DNA from: a virus
DNA: 64,000 bases
Reading direction: 5' to 3' (one strand)
Virus record (IMG/VR): IMGVR_UViG_3300034375_010798
The notes beneath the pieces were generated by a model. It did not search any database. It was given only the letters and a program-made list of their open reading frames with translations, and had not been told where the DNA came from. A program made the translations under genes and the position numbers. Of this stretch, positions 40,571-50,942 are shown one piece after another. Positions within the stretch are counted from its first letter, which is position 1. The number at the start of each line of letters is the position of its first letter.

Positions 40571-40858
40571 ATGTTAGAGTATACGATTATAACAATTCTT
40601 TTATTTGTTTGTTGTTTTTTATATTTCTTGTTAAATAGATCTATAAACACTATTCAAAGAAATGAAAATATTATTAACAACATATATGAAGAATTAAATA
40701 CGATGGCTGAAGCCATAGAGATAGTTTTAGGTCACGGTATTTATAGTAACGATCCTGTTATTACAAATTTTATAGATAGGTTAAAGGTTATTGGAGAATA
40801 TATAGGGCAAATAAACAGTGATTATGATTTTAATGATTTAGGTGAAAGAAATGAATAA
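40571..40858 (+). CDS. Single-pass membrane protein
   Basis: GGAG RBS; N-terminal TM helix, then coiled coil. Confidence 0.65.
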   Translation: MLEYTIITILLFVCCFLYFLLNRSINTIQRNENIINNIYEELNTMAEAIEIVLGHGIYSNDPVITNFIDRLKVIGEYIGQINSDYDFNDLGERNE

Positions 40859-41303
40859 AAGCAGTATTGATAAATTAAAGAATATAGAAATATTTGAAGG
40901 TAAATCTGTTGATGAAATATTTAAAGTTATATTTGAGTATTCTTTAGAAGAGAGAAACGCCGCTTTAGATACTTTTAATGAGTTTAAAAAACACATTAAG
41001 GATGGAGATGATTTGTTCATGTCTGGTGATAAACCACAAGGGTATTTGGATTCGGCTCATAAGGCTACTGAAAATCTGATAAAACTAATATCAGCAGCTC
41101 AAAAATTAGTTGTTGTAGAGGAAGAAAACGAAAACAATATTAACGCAACTGATATATTAGATATACTTGATAAGCAAGGAATAGCTCCAGATAGATTTAT
41201 TGACAGAAAAGAAGAAGAAGAAGAGACAAAGGTAAAAAATAAAAAAGATGAATCAGCCATGAAGGAAATAACATTTCCAACTTTAAAGAAAAAGGTTGAT
41301 TGA
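40851..41303 (+). CDS. Conserved phage hypothetical protein
   Basis: EIFEGKS..EIF motif; helical. Confidence 0.65.
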   Translation: MNKSSIDKLKNIEIFEGKSVDEIFKVIFEYSLEERNAALDTFNEFKKHIKDGDDLFMSGDKPQGYLDSAHKATENLIKLISAAQKLVVVEEENENNINATDILDILDKQGIAPDRFIDRKEEEEETKVKNKKDESAMKEITFPTLKKKVD

Positions 41304-41830
41304 TATGTTTAGGCTTGGATGTCAGCACAAGAATAGTTGGTTATTCTATACTAAGTGAAGATAAGGTGTTGATTAGAGCAGGTTTTATTGATTTGAGTAA
41401 GATAGAAGATTTATCAGACAAGACTACTTACTTGAAAGATAAGTTGTTAGAAATAAAAGAAGAATATGAAATAGACAATATAGGTATAGAAGATTGTCTT
41501 ACAAAGTTTGCAGGTGGTAGAAGTAGTATAAAGACTATAGGTAAACTTATAGCCTTTAACTATCTTACTAGATACATATGTCATGTTGTGTTTGATATAA
41601 AACCTGTGGTATTGAATGTTATAAGAGCAAGAACACTGGCTGATTGTAAGGTTCCAAGGGGTGAGAACTCAAAGGAATATATAGTTTCAAGAGTTATGGA
41701 GTTATACGAGAACATAGATTGGCCTCGTATGAAGAAAGATAAAACAAGGTTTTCTAAAGAGTGTGAGGATATAGCAGATTCAGTTGTTATATCAAGAGCG
41801 CTAGTAAAGGAGATTACTTCTATTGAATAA
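41300..41830 (+). CDS. RuvC-like Holliday junction resolvase
   Basis: LGLDVSTRIVGY, IGIED, EDIADSVVI. Confidence 0.85.
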   Translation: MICLGLDVSTRIVGYSILSEDKVLIRAGFIDLSKIEDLSDKTTYLKDKLLEIKEEYEIDNIGIEDCLTKFAGGRSSIKTIGKLIAFNYLTRYICHVVFDIKPVVLNVIRARTLADCKVPRGENSKEYIVSRVMELYENIDWPRMKKDKTRFSKECEDIADSVVISRALVKEITSIE

Positions 41831-42746
41831 CACATTAGAGGTTTTAAAAGGTTGTTTGGGTGAACATACCAAAATAGATGCAAAGGGTAATGTTCAGTTT
41901 TATTGTATAAGTTGTAAACATAAGAATAAGAAATTAGCTGTTAATATAAACACATTAAGGTTTCAGTGTTGGGTGTGTGGTGAAAGAGGTAACATAGCTA
42001 GTTATCTTTATAAGATGGGTTTTAAAACAGAGGCCAATAAAATAAGCCCATATAAAGAAGAATTAAATATTGATGATTTGTTTGGTGAGAATAAAAAGAC
42101 AGAAGTAAAAAAAGAACTAATATTTCCAGAATCATATTATGGAATTTATGCAAACAAAAATAAGAAGTTTTTTAAAAAATCTATAAACTATCTTTTATCA
42201 AGAGGATTAAGTGAAGATGATTTTATAAAGTATAATATACACTACTCTATAAAAGAAGAAAGAATATTGTTTCCCTCCTATGATCTTGACGATAATTTAA
42301 ATTATTATGTGACAAGAAGTTTATCTCCAAATGCATTTATGAAATACAAAAATGCAGATGTTAGAAATCAAGATATAATTTTTAATGAAAGATTTATAAA
42401 TTGGAAAGAAAAACTTTATATAGTTGAAGGTATTTTTGACTCTATAACTTGTAGAGAAAACTCAGTTCCATTATTGGGTTCTAGTCTTTCAAGATCTAGT
42501 GCGTTGTATAAAAAAATTGTAAAACACCAAACCCCGATTATTCTTGCATTAGATCCAGATGCAAAGAAAAAAATGTTTAAATGTGCAGAGAATATTATTA
42601 CATTTAACAATAATATTTTTTATGTTGATTGGGGTGAAGAAAAAAGAGATATATCTGAGATGGGCAGTAATATATTTTCCTCCTATACAGAAAAAAATAT
42701 CAAAAAATATACATTAAGTGATGAAGTTCTTTCAAGGTTATTATAA
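41823..42746 (+). CDS. dnaG: DNA primase (Zn finger + TOPRIM)
   Basis: CISC..H...FQCWVCG, YLLSRG, RILFP, IVEGIFD, LALDPDA, DISEMG. Confidence 0.9.
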   Translation: MNNTLEVLKGCLGEHTKIDAKGNVQFYCISCKHKNKKLAVNINTLRFQCWVCGERGNIASYLYKMGFKTEANKISPYKEELNIDDLFGENKKTEVKKELIFPESYYGIYANKNKKFFKKSINYLLSRGLSEDDFIKYNIHYSIKEERILFPSYDLDDNLNYYVTRSLSPNAFMKYKNADVRNQDIIFNERFINWKEKLYIVEGIFDSITCRENSVPLLGSSLSRSSALYKKIVKHQTPIILALDPDAKKKMFKCAENIITFNNNIFYVDWGEEKRDISEMGSNIFSSYTEKNIKKYTLSDEVLSRLL

Positions 42747-42749
42747 TAT

Positions 42750-45700
42750 ATGATAAAAAAAATAATGCATTTATCCGATATTCATATCCGTCTTCAACAA
42801 AGACATAAAGAATATCGTCATGTTTTTAGAAACTTTTATAAGCATGTAGTAAAACAAAGACCAGATATTATTGTTATAAGTGGTGACATATTTCACCAAA
42901 AGGTTCACCTCTCACCAGAGGCTATAAAAGTAGCTGGTGAGTTTTTCACTAAATTATCAACGCTAGCTCCTGTTCATATGATTATAGGTAATCACGACAC
43001 TATTGTTTCTCAAAAGGGAAGAATAGATTCTGTTACTGCAGTTCTTAATCTAGCTAATCTTGATAACATATATCTTTATACAAAGAGTGGTTTGTATGAA
43101 GTTGACAATATTGTATTTGGTGTTTTTGATATCAACGATGATAAGAAGTGGCCCTACAACCCAGATAAAGAAGATGGAAAGTCATATGTAGCATTATTTC
43201 ATGGGCCAATAAACAACTCAGTAAATGAGGTCAAGTTCTCAATGGAGAGTAAGTATAAGCTTGATATGTTTGATGGTTATGATGTTGCAATGTTAGGAGA
43301 TATTCACACTCGTCAAGTATTGCAAGAAAGAAGTGAAGGTAAGCCACAAGTAGAGTATTCTGGTAGTTTCATACAACAGAACTTTGCAGAAGATAAATCA
43401 AAAGGTTATTTGATGTGGGATATGGAAACACTCACATCAGAATATTTTGAAGTAGAAAGTGATTATGGTTATAGAACTATATCATTATCAAAAACAGATG
43501 TAGATAATATTGATATTATTAGTTTTGATTTACCTAAGTATCCTTATATTAGAGTTTTACTAGATCATGATTCTTATGATATAACCAAATCTAAATATAT
43601 AGAGTCACACATCATATCTAAATATAAGCCTTCTTATTTGACAATAGAAATAAATCATACAAAAGAAATAAATAAAGCAAACATATCTGATGTTCATATT
43701 GAAAATGTTGTAGATTTAAATGTTCAAAAGAAAATATTAAAAGAGTATTTAAAGAGTTTTCCCAATATGGAATCTGACGCTATTGAAGAAGTTATGCAAG
43801 TGCATGAATCCATGTATAATAACTTTACAACAAATGAGTTTGATCATTATAAGGGTTTAAATTGGGATATAAAGAGAATGAAGTTCTCTAATGTTTTCTC
43901 TTATGGTGAAGACAATGTTATTAATTTTGACAAACTAAGAGGTCTAACAGGTATATTTTCAGCTAATGCATCTGGTAAGAGTAGTTTGTTGTATACTATA
44001 CTTACGGCGTTTTTCAATATGTCTACGAGAGCGAGTAGAGGTAATATAGTAGATGTCATAAATAAGAACAAAGATATTGCAACTATTGATGTTGAGTTTT
44101 TTATTGATAATAAAGAGTATCTTATTCGTAGAGAGATAAAGAGAACAAAGAAAGATCCCAACAGAGCAAAGAACACAATAGAGTTTTATGAAGTTGTTGG
44201 TGGTGAGTTGAACAATATAATGGGAACAGCTAACACTAATGCTACAGAAAAACAGATAAGAGGTATGTTAGGTTCATTTGAAGAACATGCAATGACAACA
44301 TTTTCTCAGCAGTTTGATGCAACTAGCTTTATTGACTATAACCAATCCAGTAGAAAAGAGTTATTATCTAAGTTCTTGGGGTTAGACATTATAGAAAACT
44401 TATATCAATCGGTTAAGGAAGAAACATCTGCGTTAAGGAGAACTCTTACTGAATATAAGAAATATGATTATAAGATTATAGAAAGAGAGTATGAGGAGAA
44501 AGAAGATAGGTTACAGAGTGAACTTATTGAGCTTGGAGAAAAGAAAGAAGAGTTATATTATAATCTCAAGGAAAAGAATGAAAAAATAAATAAGTTGCAC
44601 ACTCAGTTGAAAAATACAGAAGGTATAGATTTAGATGTAGAAGAGTTGAATGATGAGTTAGAATACTGTGACAGTGAAATAGAAAACATAAACAATGATA
44701 TAAAAACTCATCACAATACTATAGAAGATACAACATCTAAGTTAGAAGATTTAGAAGAAGAAAAGAAAACATTGCAGCCTCTTGAAGTTATTGAGAAAAA
44801 ACGAGATGAATATAACTCTCTGTTATCAAAAGGTATGAAGTTAGAAAACGATATTACAAACTTACAGAAGGAAATAAATACTAGTAAGCGTTCTGTAGAG
44901 ATTCTCAATATGCATGATTGGTTTGAGAAGGAGAGTGTATGTTCAAAGTGTTCTTTTTTACAGGATGCATTTAGTGCCAAAGAAAATCTCATCCAGTTAG
45001 AAGATCAAGCTAAGGTTATAAGAAAACCATTGAGTGAAATAACTAATAAGTTAGAGGATTATGATGGTGAGAATCTTGATGATTTATTAGAAAGGCATCA
45101 AAAGGTAAGTTTTTCTATACAAAGTTCTGAACAGTATTTACAAAATGTAGAGAATCAACTTAGCACATATGAGGATAGATTATCTTTGTTAGAAGAAAAG
45201 AAGACAGTAATAAAAGATAATATAAATAGATATAATATCAACGAACATAATATCAAAATAAATAAGGATATACAAGAAAAAATAGATTTTCTTCGTAAAG
45301 AAGTAAATGAAACAGAGGAATATATAAAGAATAATATTGATAATGAGATAAATAGTAAGAATATAGAGTATGGTCAAACACATCAGCAGTTGATGGAACT
45401 ATCTGAAACTATAGAGAAAGTAGAAAAGATAGAGAATAAATATAATACATATAACATACTTAAAAACGCTTTGTCTAATAATGGAATTCCTTTGTTGATT
45501 ATGAGTAAGGTTATTCCTATAATAAATGAAGAGATTAGAAAGATATTAGCTAAGATATCTAATTTTGATGTTATGATAGAAGTTGATTCTATAGAACAAG
45601 ACTTACACATATTTATTGAAGATAATATTTCTAAGAGAAAAGTCGAGTTAGGTAGTGGTATGGAAAAGACAGTAGCTGCTTTAGCTATTAGAGCGGCTTT

Positions 45701-45929
45701 AGCTAATATATCATTATTACCAATATGTAATCTATTTATTGTTGATGAGGGTTTTGGAACATTAGACGCAGAGAACTTAATAGAAATAAATGAATTACTT
45801 CAATATTTGAAGACAAGATTTAATAATGTTATGATAATAAGTCATATTGATGTAATGAAAGACGTTACAGATAATATAATATCAATAGAAAAAGATGAGT
45901 ATGGATACTCTAGCATAAGGATAGAATAA
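42750..45929 (+). CDS. Fused SbcD/Mre11 (gp47) nuclease - SbcC/Rad50 (gp46) ATPase
   Basis: HLSDIH, GDIFH, GNHD, LGDIH (metallophosphoesterase); NASGKSS Walker A, coiled coil with CSKC hook, GSGMEK, VDEGFGTLD, ISH. Confidence 0.93.
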   Translation: MIKKIMHLSDIHIRLQQRHKEYRHVFRNFYKHVVKQRPDIIVISGDIFHQKVHLSPEAIKVAGEFFTKLSTLAPVHMIIGNHDTIVSQKGRIDSVTAVLNLANLDNIYLYTKSGLYEVDNIVFGVFDINDDKKWPYNPDKEDGKSYVALFHGPINNSVNEVKFSMESKYKLDMFDGYDVAMLGDIHTRQVLQERSEGKPQVEYSGSFIQQNFAEDKSKGYLMWDMETLTSEYFEVESDYGYRTISLSKTDVDNIDIISFDLPKYPYIRVLLDHDSYDITKSKYIESHIISKYKPSYLTIEINHTKEINKANISDVHIENVVDLNVQKKILKEYLKSFPNMESDAIEEVMQVHESMYNNFTTNEFDHYKGLNWDIKRMKFSNVFSYGEDNVINFDKLRGLTGIFSANASGKSSLLYTILTAFFNMSTRASRGNIVDVINKNKDIATIDVEFFIDNKEYLIRREIKRTKKDPNRAKNTIEFYEVVGGELNNIMGTANTNATEKQIRGMLGSFEEHAMTTFSQQFDATSFIDYNQSSRKELLSKFLGLDIIENLYQSVKEETSALRRTLTEYKKYDYKIIEREYEEKEDRLQSELIELGEKKEELYYNLKEKNEKINKLHTQLKNTEGIDLDVEELNDELEYCDSEIENINNDIKTHHNTIEDTTSKLEDLEEEKKTLQPLEVIEKKRDEYNSLLSKGMKLENDITNLQKEINTSKRSVEILNMHDWFEKESVCSKCSFLQDAFSAKENLIQLEDQAKVIRKPLSEITNKLEDYDGENLDDLLERHQKVSFSIQSSEQYLQNVENQLSTYEDRLSLLEEKKTVIKDNINRYNINEHNIKINKDIQEKIDFLRKEVNETEEYIKNNIDNEINSKNIEYGQTHQQLMELSETIEKVEKIENKYNTYNILKNALSNNGIPLLIMSKVIPIINEEIRKILAKISNFDVMIEVDSIEQDLHIFIEDNISKRKVELGSGMEKTVAALAIRAALANISLLPICNLFIVDEGFGTLDAENLIEINELLQYLKTRFNNVMIISHIDVMKDVTDNIISIEKDEYGYSSIRIE

Positions 45930-46450
45930 TGGATATATCTACTATAGGTAATATAATAACTGGTGGAGTTTTTAAAGATGTAGGTCTTAAAGTTTTAGAC
46001 ACAATTATTGGAAGATTTCCAGAAAAGATGAGTGATGAGGATCGTCATCAGGCTGAAATTGAAGTTATGAAAATAGTGAATGAAAAAGAAATTGAAGCCT
46101 TAAAACAATGGAATGAGCAAGAAAGAAACTTTCAAAAATTTATCACAGATATGGAAGGAACATCAGCTGATTTAAAACAAATGCCAATAATTGGCAGAGC
46201 TATACTTTTTCTTAGAGGTGCTTTTAGACCACTTATGGCTTTTGGCATAGCTTATACAGATTTACAAGTTTTTTCTGGTGGGTGGAATTTGCAAGAAGTT
46301 GGAGGAGCACAAGCAGATCAGGTTTGGAGTTTGTTGTATGTTATAAATTTTTTGGTTATAGGTTTTTACTTTGGTGAACGAGCTTTAAGAAATTTGCAAC
46401 CATTAATAGAAAAAATGATGGATAGAGTTATTGGTGGAGAAAAAAAATGA
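45929..46450 (+). CDS. Holin (3TM-holin-like)
   Basis: LRGAFRPLMA...IGFYFGERALR motif; precedes the putative lysin. Confidence 0.7.
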   Translation: MDISTIGNIITGGVFKDVGLKVLDTIIGRFPEKMSDEDRHQAEIEVMKIVNEKEIEALKQWNEQERNFQKFITDMEGTSADLKQMPIIGRAILFLRGAFRPLMAFGIAYTDLQVFSGGWNLQEVGGAQADQVWSLLYVINFLVIGFYFGERALRNLQPLIEKMMDRVIGGEKK

Positions 46451-46980
46451 GCATAATTGATAATTTTTTTAAGATATCTAAAAAAATTAAAATAATAGCT
46501 TCTAATGAAATGAGACTTGAAGTTGTAAGATATTCATCAACAGATGAATCAACAATAGGTGCTTTATTTGATGTAACAAAAGAAAGAAAGTTTTTGTGTT
46601 ATACATTAGAAGACGCACCACAAATAGAAAAAATACCCGGCAGAACAAGAATACCAGCTGGAACTTATGATATGAGATTAAGATCAGAAGGTGGTTTTCA
46701 TAGAAAATATACTTTAAGGTTTGGTAAGAGTTTTCACAAGGGTATGTTACATATACAAGATGTTCCTAATTTTAAGTGGATATTAGTTCATTGTGGTAAT
46801 ACACAAGAAGATACATCTGGTTGTTTGTTATTAGGTGATGTATCTTATAATAACACAATTAAGAATGGATTAATAAGTCAATCAGAATCTGCTTATCATA
46901 GAATATATCCTATTTTAGCTGATCATCTGATAAAAGATGGTATAATTACCATAACATATGTAGATTATGATAATAATTAA
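46447..46980 (+). CDS. DUF5675-like protein, putative endolysin
   Basis: STIGAL, CYTLED, TRIPAGTY, ILVHCGNT..DTSGCLLLG; ATGA-coupled to the holin. Confidence 0.7.
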   Translation: MSIIDNFFKISKKIKIIASNEMRLEVVRYSSTDESTIGALFDVTKERKFLCYTLEDAPQIEKIPGRTRIPAGTYDMRLRSEGGFHRKYTLRFGKSFHKGMLHIQDVPNFKWILVHCGNTQEDTSGCLLLGDVSYNNTIKNGLISQSESAYHRIYPILADHLIKDGIITITYVDYDNN

Positions 46981-47024
46981 CATATTTATTAATATAGTAT
47001 TTTATTAATTATAGGAGTTTTAAA

Positions 47025-47549
47025 ATGAATTTACAATCTTTTGATCAAATAAAACTACAAAGCCTTGATGTAGTTGGTTTATCTGCCACTGGTGATGATG
47101 GTTTTGGTGTTGTTAATACGCAAAGAACATTGCCTATAGAGGTGGCTGGTCGCCCTTTTTCTGTTATTTTTAAATCAAATGATGAAGCTGGAGCGCCAAC
47201 ATCATATCCCGCAACTATTAATTACACAATACAGGTAAACAATAGCAGATATCTTGATCCAACAATTCAAAGAGCTTTTCACCCATCTCAGTTAGGAATA
47301 CAAAGTGTTTATGAAAAAGCTTATAATAATGGTTTGTTAGATATTGAACCATCAAATCTAGATTCAACCTTTAACGCTAATTGGGTTGATTTAATTGGTG
47401 GGTTAGATCCAACAACCGCTTTCTTTTATTCTAGTGGAATGGCTGGTGATTATGGTTTTAGATATATAAGAGTTGTTAGTAATGTTCCTATGACATCAAA
47501 TGAAAAGATTTTTGTTTATTATGGTGGTTTGGATCATATGGGTAAGTAA
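47025..47549 (+). CDS. Hypothetical (possible virion) protein
   Basis: AGGAG RBS; preceded by the ATATTTAT motif. Confidence 0.65.
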   Translation: MNLQSFDQIKLQSLDVVGLSATGDDGFGVVNTQRTLPIEVAGRPFSVIFKSNDEAGAPTSYPATINYTIQVNNSRYLDPTIQRAFHPSQLGIQSVYEKAYNNGLLDIEPSNLDSTFNANWVDLIGGLDPTTAFFYSSGMAGDYGFRYIRVVSNVPMTSNEKIFVYYGGLDHMGK

Positions 47550-47571
47550 AAAAATAAGAAAGCAGGTTTAA

Positions 47572-47823
47572 TTGAGTGAATTAGAGTCAAATCCTTTAGG
47601 TTTACCTACCAAAACTACAAAAAAGTGGAAGGTAGATGAAAATACTAAGGTAAAAGAAGAAAGAAGAGTGTTGTTCCCTAACTTTTGCCCACATATCAGA
47701 AACGATACCAATAAGAAGTGTGGAAACTTCATGCGAAATTGGGATCAAGTGTTTTATGATGACTATGATATGTGTGAAGAGTGTTATTTAAGAGAAAAAC
47801 CTAAAAAAACAGTTGAAAAATGA
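47572..47823 (+). CDS. Small Cys-containing protein
   Basis: CPH...KCG...MCEEC. Confidence 0.55.
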   Translation: MSELESNPLGLPTKTTKKWKVDENTKVKEERRVLFPNFCPHIRNDTNKKCGNFMRNWDQVFYDDYDMCEECYLREKPKKTVEK

Positions 47824-47841
47824 GAATATTTTTATTATATT
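47813..47841 (+). promoter_or_regulatory. Probable promoter TTGAAA-N17-TATATT upstream of hsp20
   Basis: Variant of the repeated motif. Confidence 0.5.
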
Positions 47842-47932
47842 TATAAAATAATGTTGGATTCCCCAAAGAACCAATAAAAAACAAGCCACTCATAAGAGGG
47901 CATTAAAATTTATCCAAATAAGGAGAATTATT

Positions 47933-48394
47933 ATGAATAAAGTAATTGTAAGTGATCCATTTGCAGGTTCAAACGTTTTTAACAATGTGGAAGCATTATT
48001 TGATTCTATGTTGAGAGATACTTTTAACACGGTGAATAGATCACCTATTGGCACTACCTTAAAAAAGGTTTCGTATCCAAAGGTAGATATTAGAGACACA
48101 CATGACGCTGTTTATATTGACGCTACGGTCCCCGGATTGAAGAGTGAAGATATAAACATTGATTTTGATGATGGTTTTCTCAAAGTGTCTGCAGATAAGC
48201 AGGGTGATGTAGATGGCGAGTTTGTTCATAGAGAAATCCATCGCTCTTCATTCTCAAGATGGTTTCCTGTTGATGTAAAGGTTTTTGATGTAGAACAGAT
48301 TAGTGCAAACATTGAAGATGGTATTCTAACAATTGTTGTTCCTAAGAAAGAGGAAGCAAAGAAGCCATTACCAAGAAAAATTGAAGTAAAATAA
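47933..48394 (+). CDS. hsp20: Small heat shock protein Hsp20
   Basis: YPKVDI, VPGLKSEDI, HREIHRSSFSR, ANIEDGILTIVVPK, RKIEVK. Confidence 0.95.
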   Translation: MNKVIVSDPFAGSNVFNNVEALFDSMLRDTFNTVNRSPIGTTLKKVSYPKVDIRDTHDAVYIDATVPGLKSEDINIDFDDGFLKVSADKQGDVDGEFVHREIHRSSFSRWFPVDVKVFDVEQISANIEDGILTIVVPKKEEAKKPLPRKIEVK

Positions 48395-48409
48395 AAATTT
48401 AATATTGGA

Positions 48410-48832
48410 TTGGGGAATCCAACTATATCGGAGAAAATTAAGATGATGATGGTAAATCCAGAGGTATACACAAACTCACCTAATAGAGTAGAAGAAGATC
48501 AATCAGTTCAAAGCGCAATAGAGGTGATAGCTAATTATGTAGAAAAAGTTCCAGAAACAAACGCGAAATTTGCTGATGACTTACTTATGTTAAGCACTAC
48601 AGTTGTTAGTAAGATTTCTGACGCTAATCAAGCGCAGATAGATTTTGAACAACAAATGGCTGAATTATCAAAATTAATTGTAAAAGATCTAAAAGATAAC
48701 GGTTATTCAAGTGCAAGACTTACAATGATTAATGTTGATGTTAACCCCGGCATGTATAGATATGCTGGAAGTGGCACACAAAACAGACAAGCTATGTATA
48801 CTGCAGTAGCTACGTTTCAAATTTTTGTTTAA
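48410..48832 (+). CDS. Hypothetical protein
   Basis: ORF; start uncertain. Confidence 0.55.
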   Translation: MGNPTISEKIKMMMVNPEVYTNSPNRVEEDQSVQSAIEVIANYVEKVPETNAKFADDLLMLSTTVVSKISDANQAQIDFEQQMAELSKLIVKDLKDNGYSSARLTMINVDVNPGMYRYAGSGTQNRQAMYTAVATFQIFV

Positions 48833-48846
48833 AGAAAAGAGGACTA

Positions 48847-50157
48847 ATGGTAGATGATTTAAATCTTCAATTTAGAGATGGTGAAGAAAGAGAAAAGATT
48901 AAGAAGTTATTTATGACTCCACCTTCTATTAATGAAGAGAGACCAACAATTGTTTTTTCAACCCCTTCTGAAACAGGGACTAGTTATTTTAGGTTATTTG
49001 AACCTATGAGAGCAATGTATAAAAAGTTTTCTGATGAAGCTAATTTTGTTTATACAGAAAAATTACAACCAGAGCATGTAGATATGGCAGATTGTATTTT
49101 AATGCATCGTTGTGGTGAACTTCATTCTAAATATTTAAATGTTGCAAGAATGTGGCCCAAGACAGAGGTCCGGCCATTAGTTATACATGATGTAGACGAT
49201 AATGAGTTCAATCTTCCAGCAACTCATCCGATGAAGGAGTTATGGGAACAGGCTGGTAAGGATAAGATGAGTGTTCATTCTTTAAAGTATAGTGATTACA
49301 TAACAACTACTACACCCAAATTAAAAGAAACTTTTAATAATTTTAATCAAAATGTTAGTGTTTTTCCAAATAAATTTGATTGGAATTTACATCAATGGAA
49401 TTTAGATAAAGAGCAAGTAAGAAGAGAAATGTTGGAAGAATGGTTTCCAACTGATGATAAAATTATTATTGGTTGGGCTGGATTAACATCTCATTATGCG
49501 GATATTGAAAAGATGGCTCCAATACTTAAAGTTATTCACGATAGATATCCTAATACTCACTTTATCATTGCCGGTTTAGCTTTAAAGGATTCAAATGTAA
49601 AGGTTGAGATGGTTAATGGTAAGAAAACCTTTAAAGAGGTTGATGTAGAAGATGAATCAAAAACATATAGTGGTAGAGTAAAAGCTCTTTTTAATAGATT
49701 TGATCAGAAAAGAGTTAAGTTTTTTAAGGCTCTTCCATTAGAAGAATATGGTAAGTTTTATAGTTTGTTTGATATTAGTATGGCTTATATTGAGCATAAT
49801 ACTTTTAACTCTTGTAAGTCAGAAATTAAAGTTGTTGAATCTTTAAGGTATGGTTGCCCAACTATATATTCAAATTTTGGTGGGTATAGAGATTTTTCAC
49901 AATCTTTGCCAAGTAGTCTTGATAATAAGGGATTTTATCTAAAGGATAACAGTAGGCAGAAGTGGGTAAATGCTCTTGCAAATTGTATTGATAACTTGGA
50001 TGAATCAAAAAAACATGCTCTTGCTTTAAGAGATTATGTAAGTGATATTTATAATATTGACAACTCTATTGAAGATCATTTTTATTTCATAAGAGAAAAG
50101 ATAGAAGAACATAGAGAAAAACAAGTTAATAACGCAGCAAGGTATATGGAAATATAG
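48847..50157 (+). CDS. Glycosyltransferase (GT-B, GT4-like)
   Basis: GTSYFRLFEP, HDVDDN, IGWAG..SHYAD, FDISMA...FNSCKSEIKVVE. Confidence 0.8.
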   Translation: MVDDLNLQFRDGEEREKIKKLFMTPPSINEERPTIVFSTPSETGTSYFRLFEPMRAMYKKFSDEANFVYTEKLQPEHVDMADCILMHRCGELHSKYLNVARMWPKTEVRPLVIHDVDDNEFNLPATHPMKELWEQAGKDKMSVHSLKYSDYITTTTPKLKETFNNFNQNVSVFPNKFDWNLHQWNLDKEQVRREMLEEWFPTDDKIIIGWAGLTSHYADIEKMAPILKVIHDRYPNTHFIIAGLALKDSNVKVEMVNGKKTFKEVDVEDESKTYSGRVKALFNRFDQKRVKFFKALPLEEYGKFYSLFDISMAYIEHNTFNSCKSEIKVVESLRYGCPTIYSNFGGYRDFSQSLPSSLDNKGFYLKDNSRQKWVNALANCIDNLDESKKHALALRDYVSDIYNIDNSIEDHFYFIREKIEEHREKQVNNAARYMEI

Positions 50158-50158
50158 T

Positions 50159-50440
50159 ATGGAAGAAAAACAAAACATATTAGGTGATGAATATGAGGTT
50201 TTAAGTTCTGGTAAGGTTATAAAGGGAGATTACTGGTATATACTTGATGGTAAGAAAACACTTATCTTAAATCTCCCCAATACCATTAACGAAAATGACA
50301 TAGAAGAAATACTCTCAGATTATAAGAAACTTCAGTGGGGTAAATTTTATAATCCTTTTAAAAAGAGAACATATGTTGTTGTTAGGGAATATAATATAAA
50401 TAAGTTAGAATCTAGTTTGTTTAATATTACGGAGACTTAG
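50159..50440 (+). CDS. Hypothetical protein
   Basis: ORF. Confidence 0.55.
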   Translation: MEEKQNILGDEYEVLSSGKVIKGDYWYILDGKKTLILNLPNTINENDIEEILSDYKKLQWGKFYNPFKKRTYVVVREYNINKLESSLFNITET

Positions 50441-50442
50441 TT

Positions 50443-50772
50443 TTGGATAACAAAGATTTAGAATTAAAAAAAATAGCTGAGGACATATATGTTGATTGTC
50501 TTAATGAGTTATTATACGAACAAGTTGGCGATGCAAAGATTTTATTTGGGCCACTAGTAAGAAAATTAAGAAGAGTCAATGGGTCTTTAAAGGTTGTTCG
50601 TAAAAGAAAGAAGAAACTTCCTTTGTCATTAAGAAATATAACTAAAGCAGCTGCTCGCAGAAGAGCAAGAAGGTCAGCTATAAATAGAAAAGCCAAACAA
50701 AAGCTAATCAGTAAGAAAGCTCAAAGAACTACCAAAAAAGGTAGAAGAATGGGTCTTTATAAAAACAAGTAG
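50443..50772 (+). CDS. Highly basic protein (possible DNA-binding head protein)
   Basis: Acidic N-terminus ending LLYE, then a Lys/Arg-rich body. Confidence 0.6.
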   Translation: MDNKDLELKKIAEDIYVDCLNELLYEQVGDAKILFGPLVRKLRRVNGSLKVVRKRKKKLPLSLRNITKAAARRRARRSAINRKAKQKLISKKAQRTTKKGRRMGLYKNK

Positions 50773-50780
50773 GTGATTTT

Positions 50781-50942
50781 ATGACATATTCAACAGATAC
50801 ATTAATATGTGGCGTTTGTAAAGGTAAAAAGATTATAGTAAATGAATCTACTAAGAAGAATGAACTTTGTCCGAAATGTCAAGGACAAGGTAATCTAAAT
50901 GAATCTTTAGGTCAGAAAAGTAAGACACTACTAAGAGGATAA
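50781..50942 (+). CDS. DnaJ-type zinc-finger mini-protein (53 aa, not in ORF track)
   Basis: CGVCKGKK...CPKCQGQG; AGGTG RBS; stop codon abuts the tmRNA. Confidence 0.65.
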   Translation: MTYSTDTLICGVCKGKKIIVNESTKKNELCPKCQGQGNLNESLGQKSKTLLRG

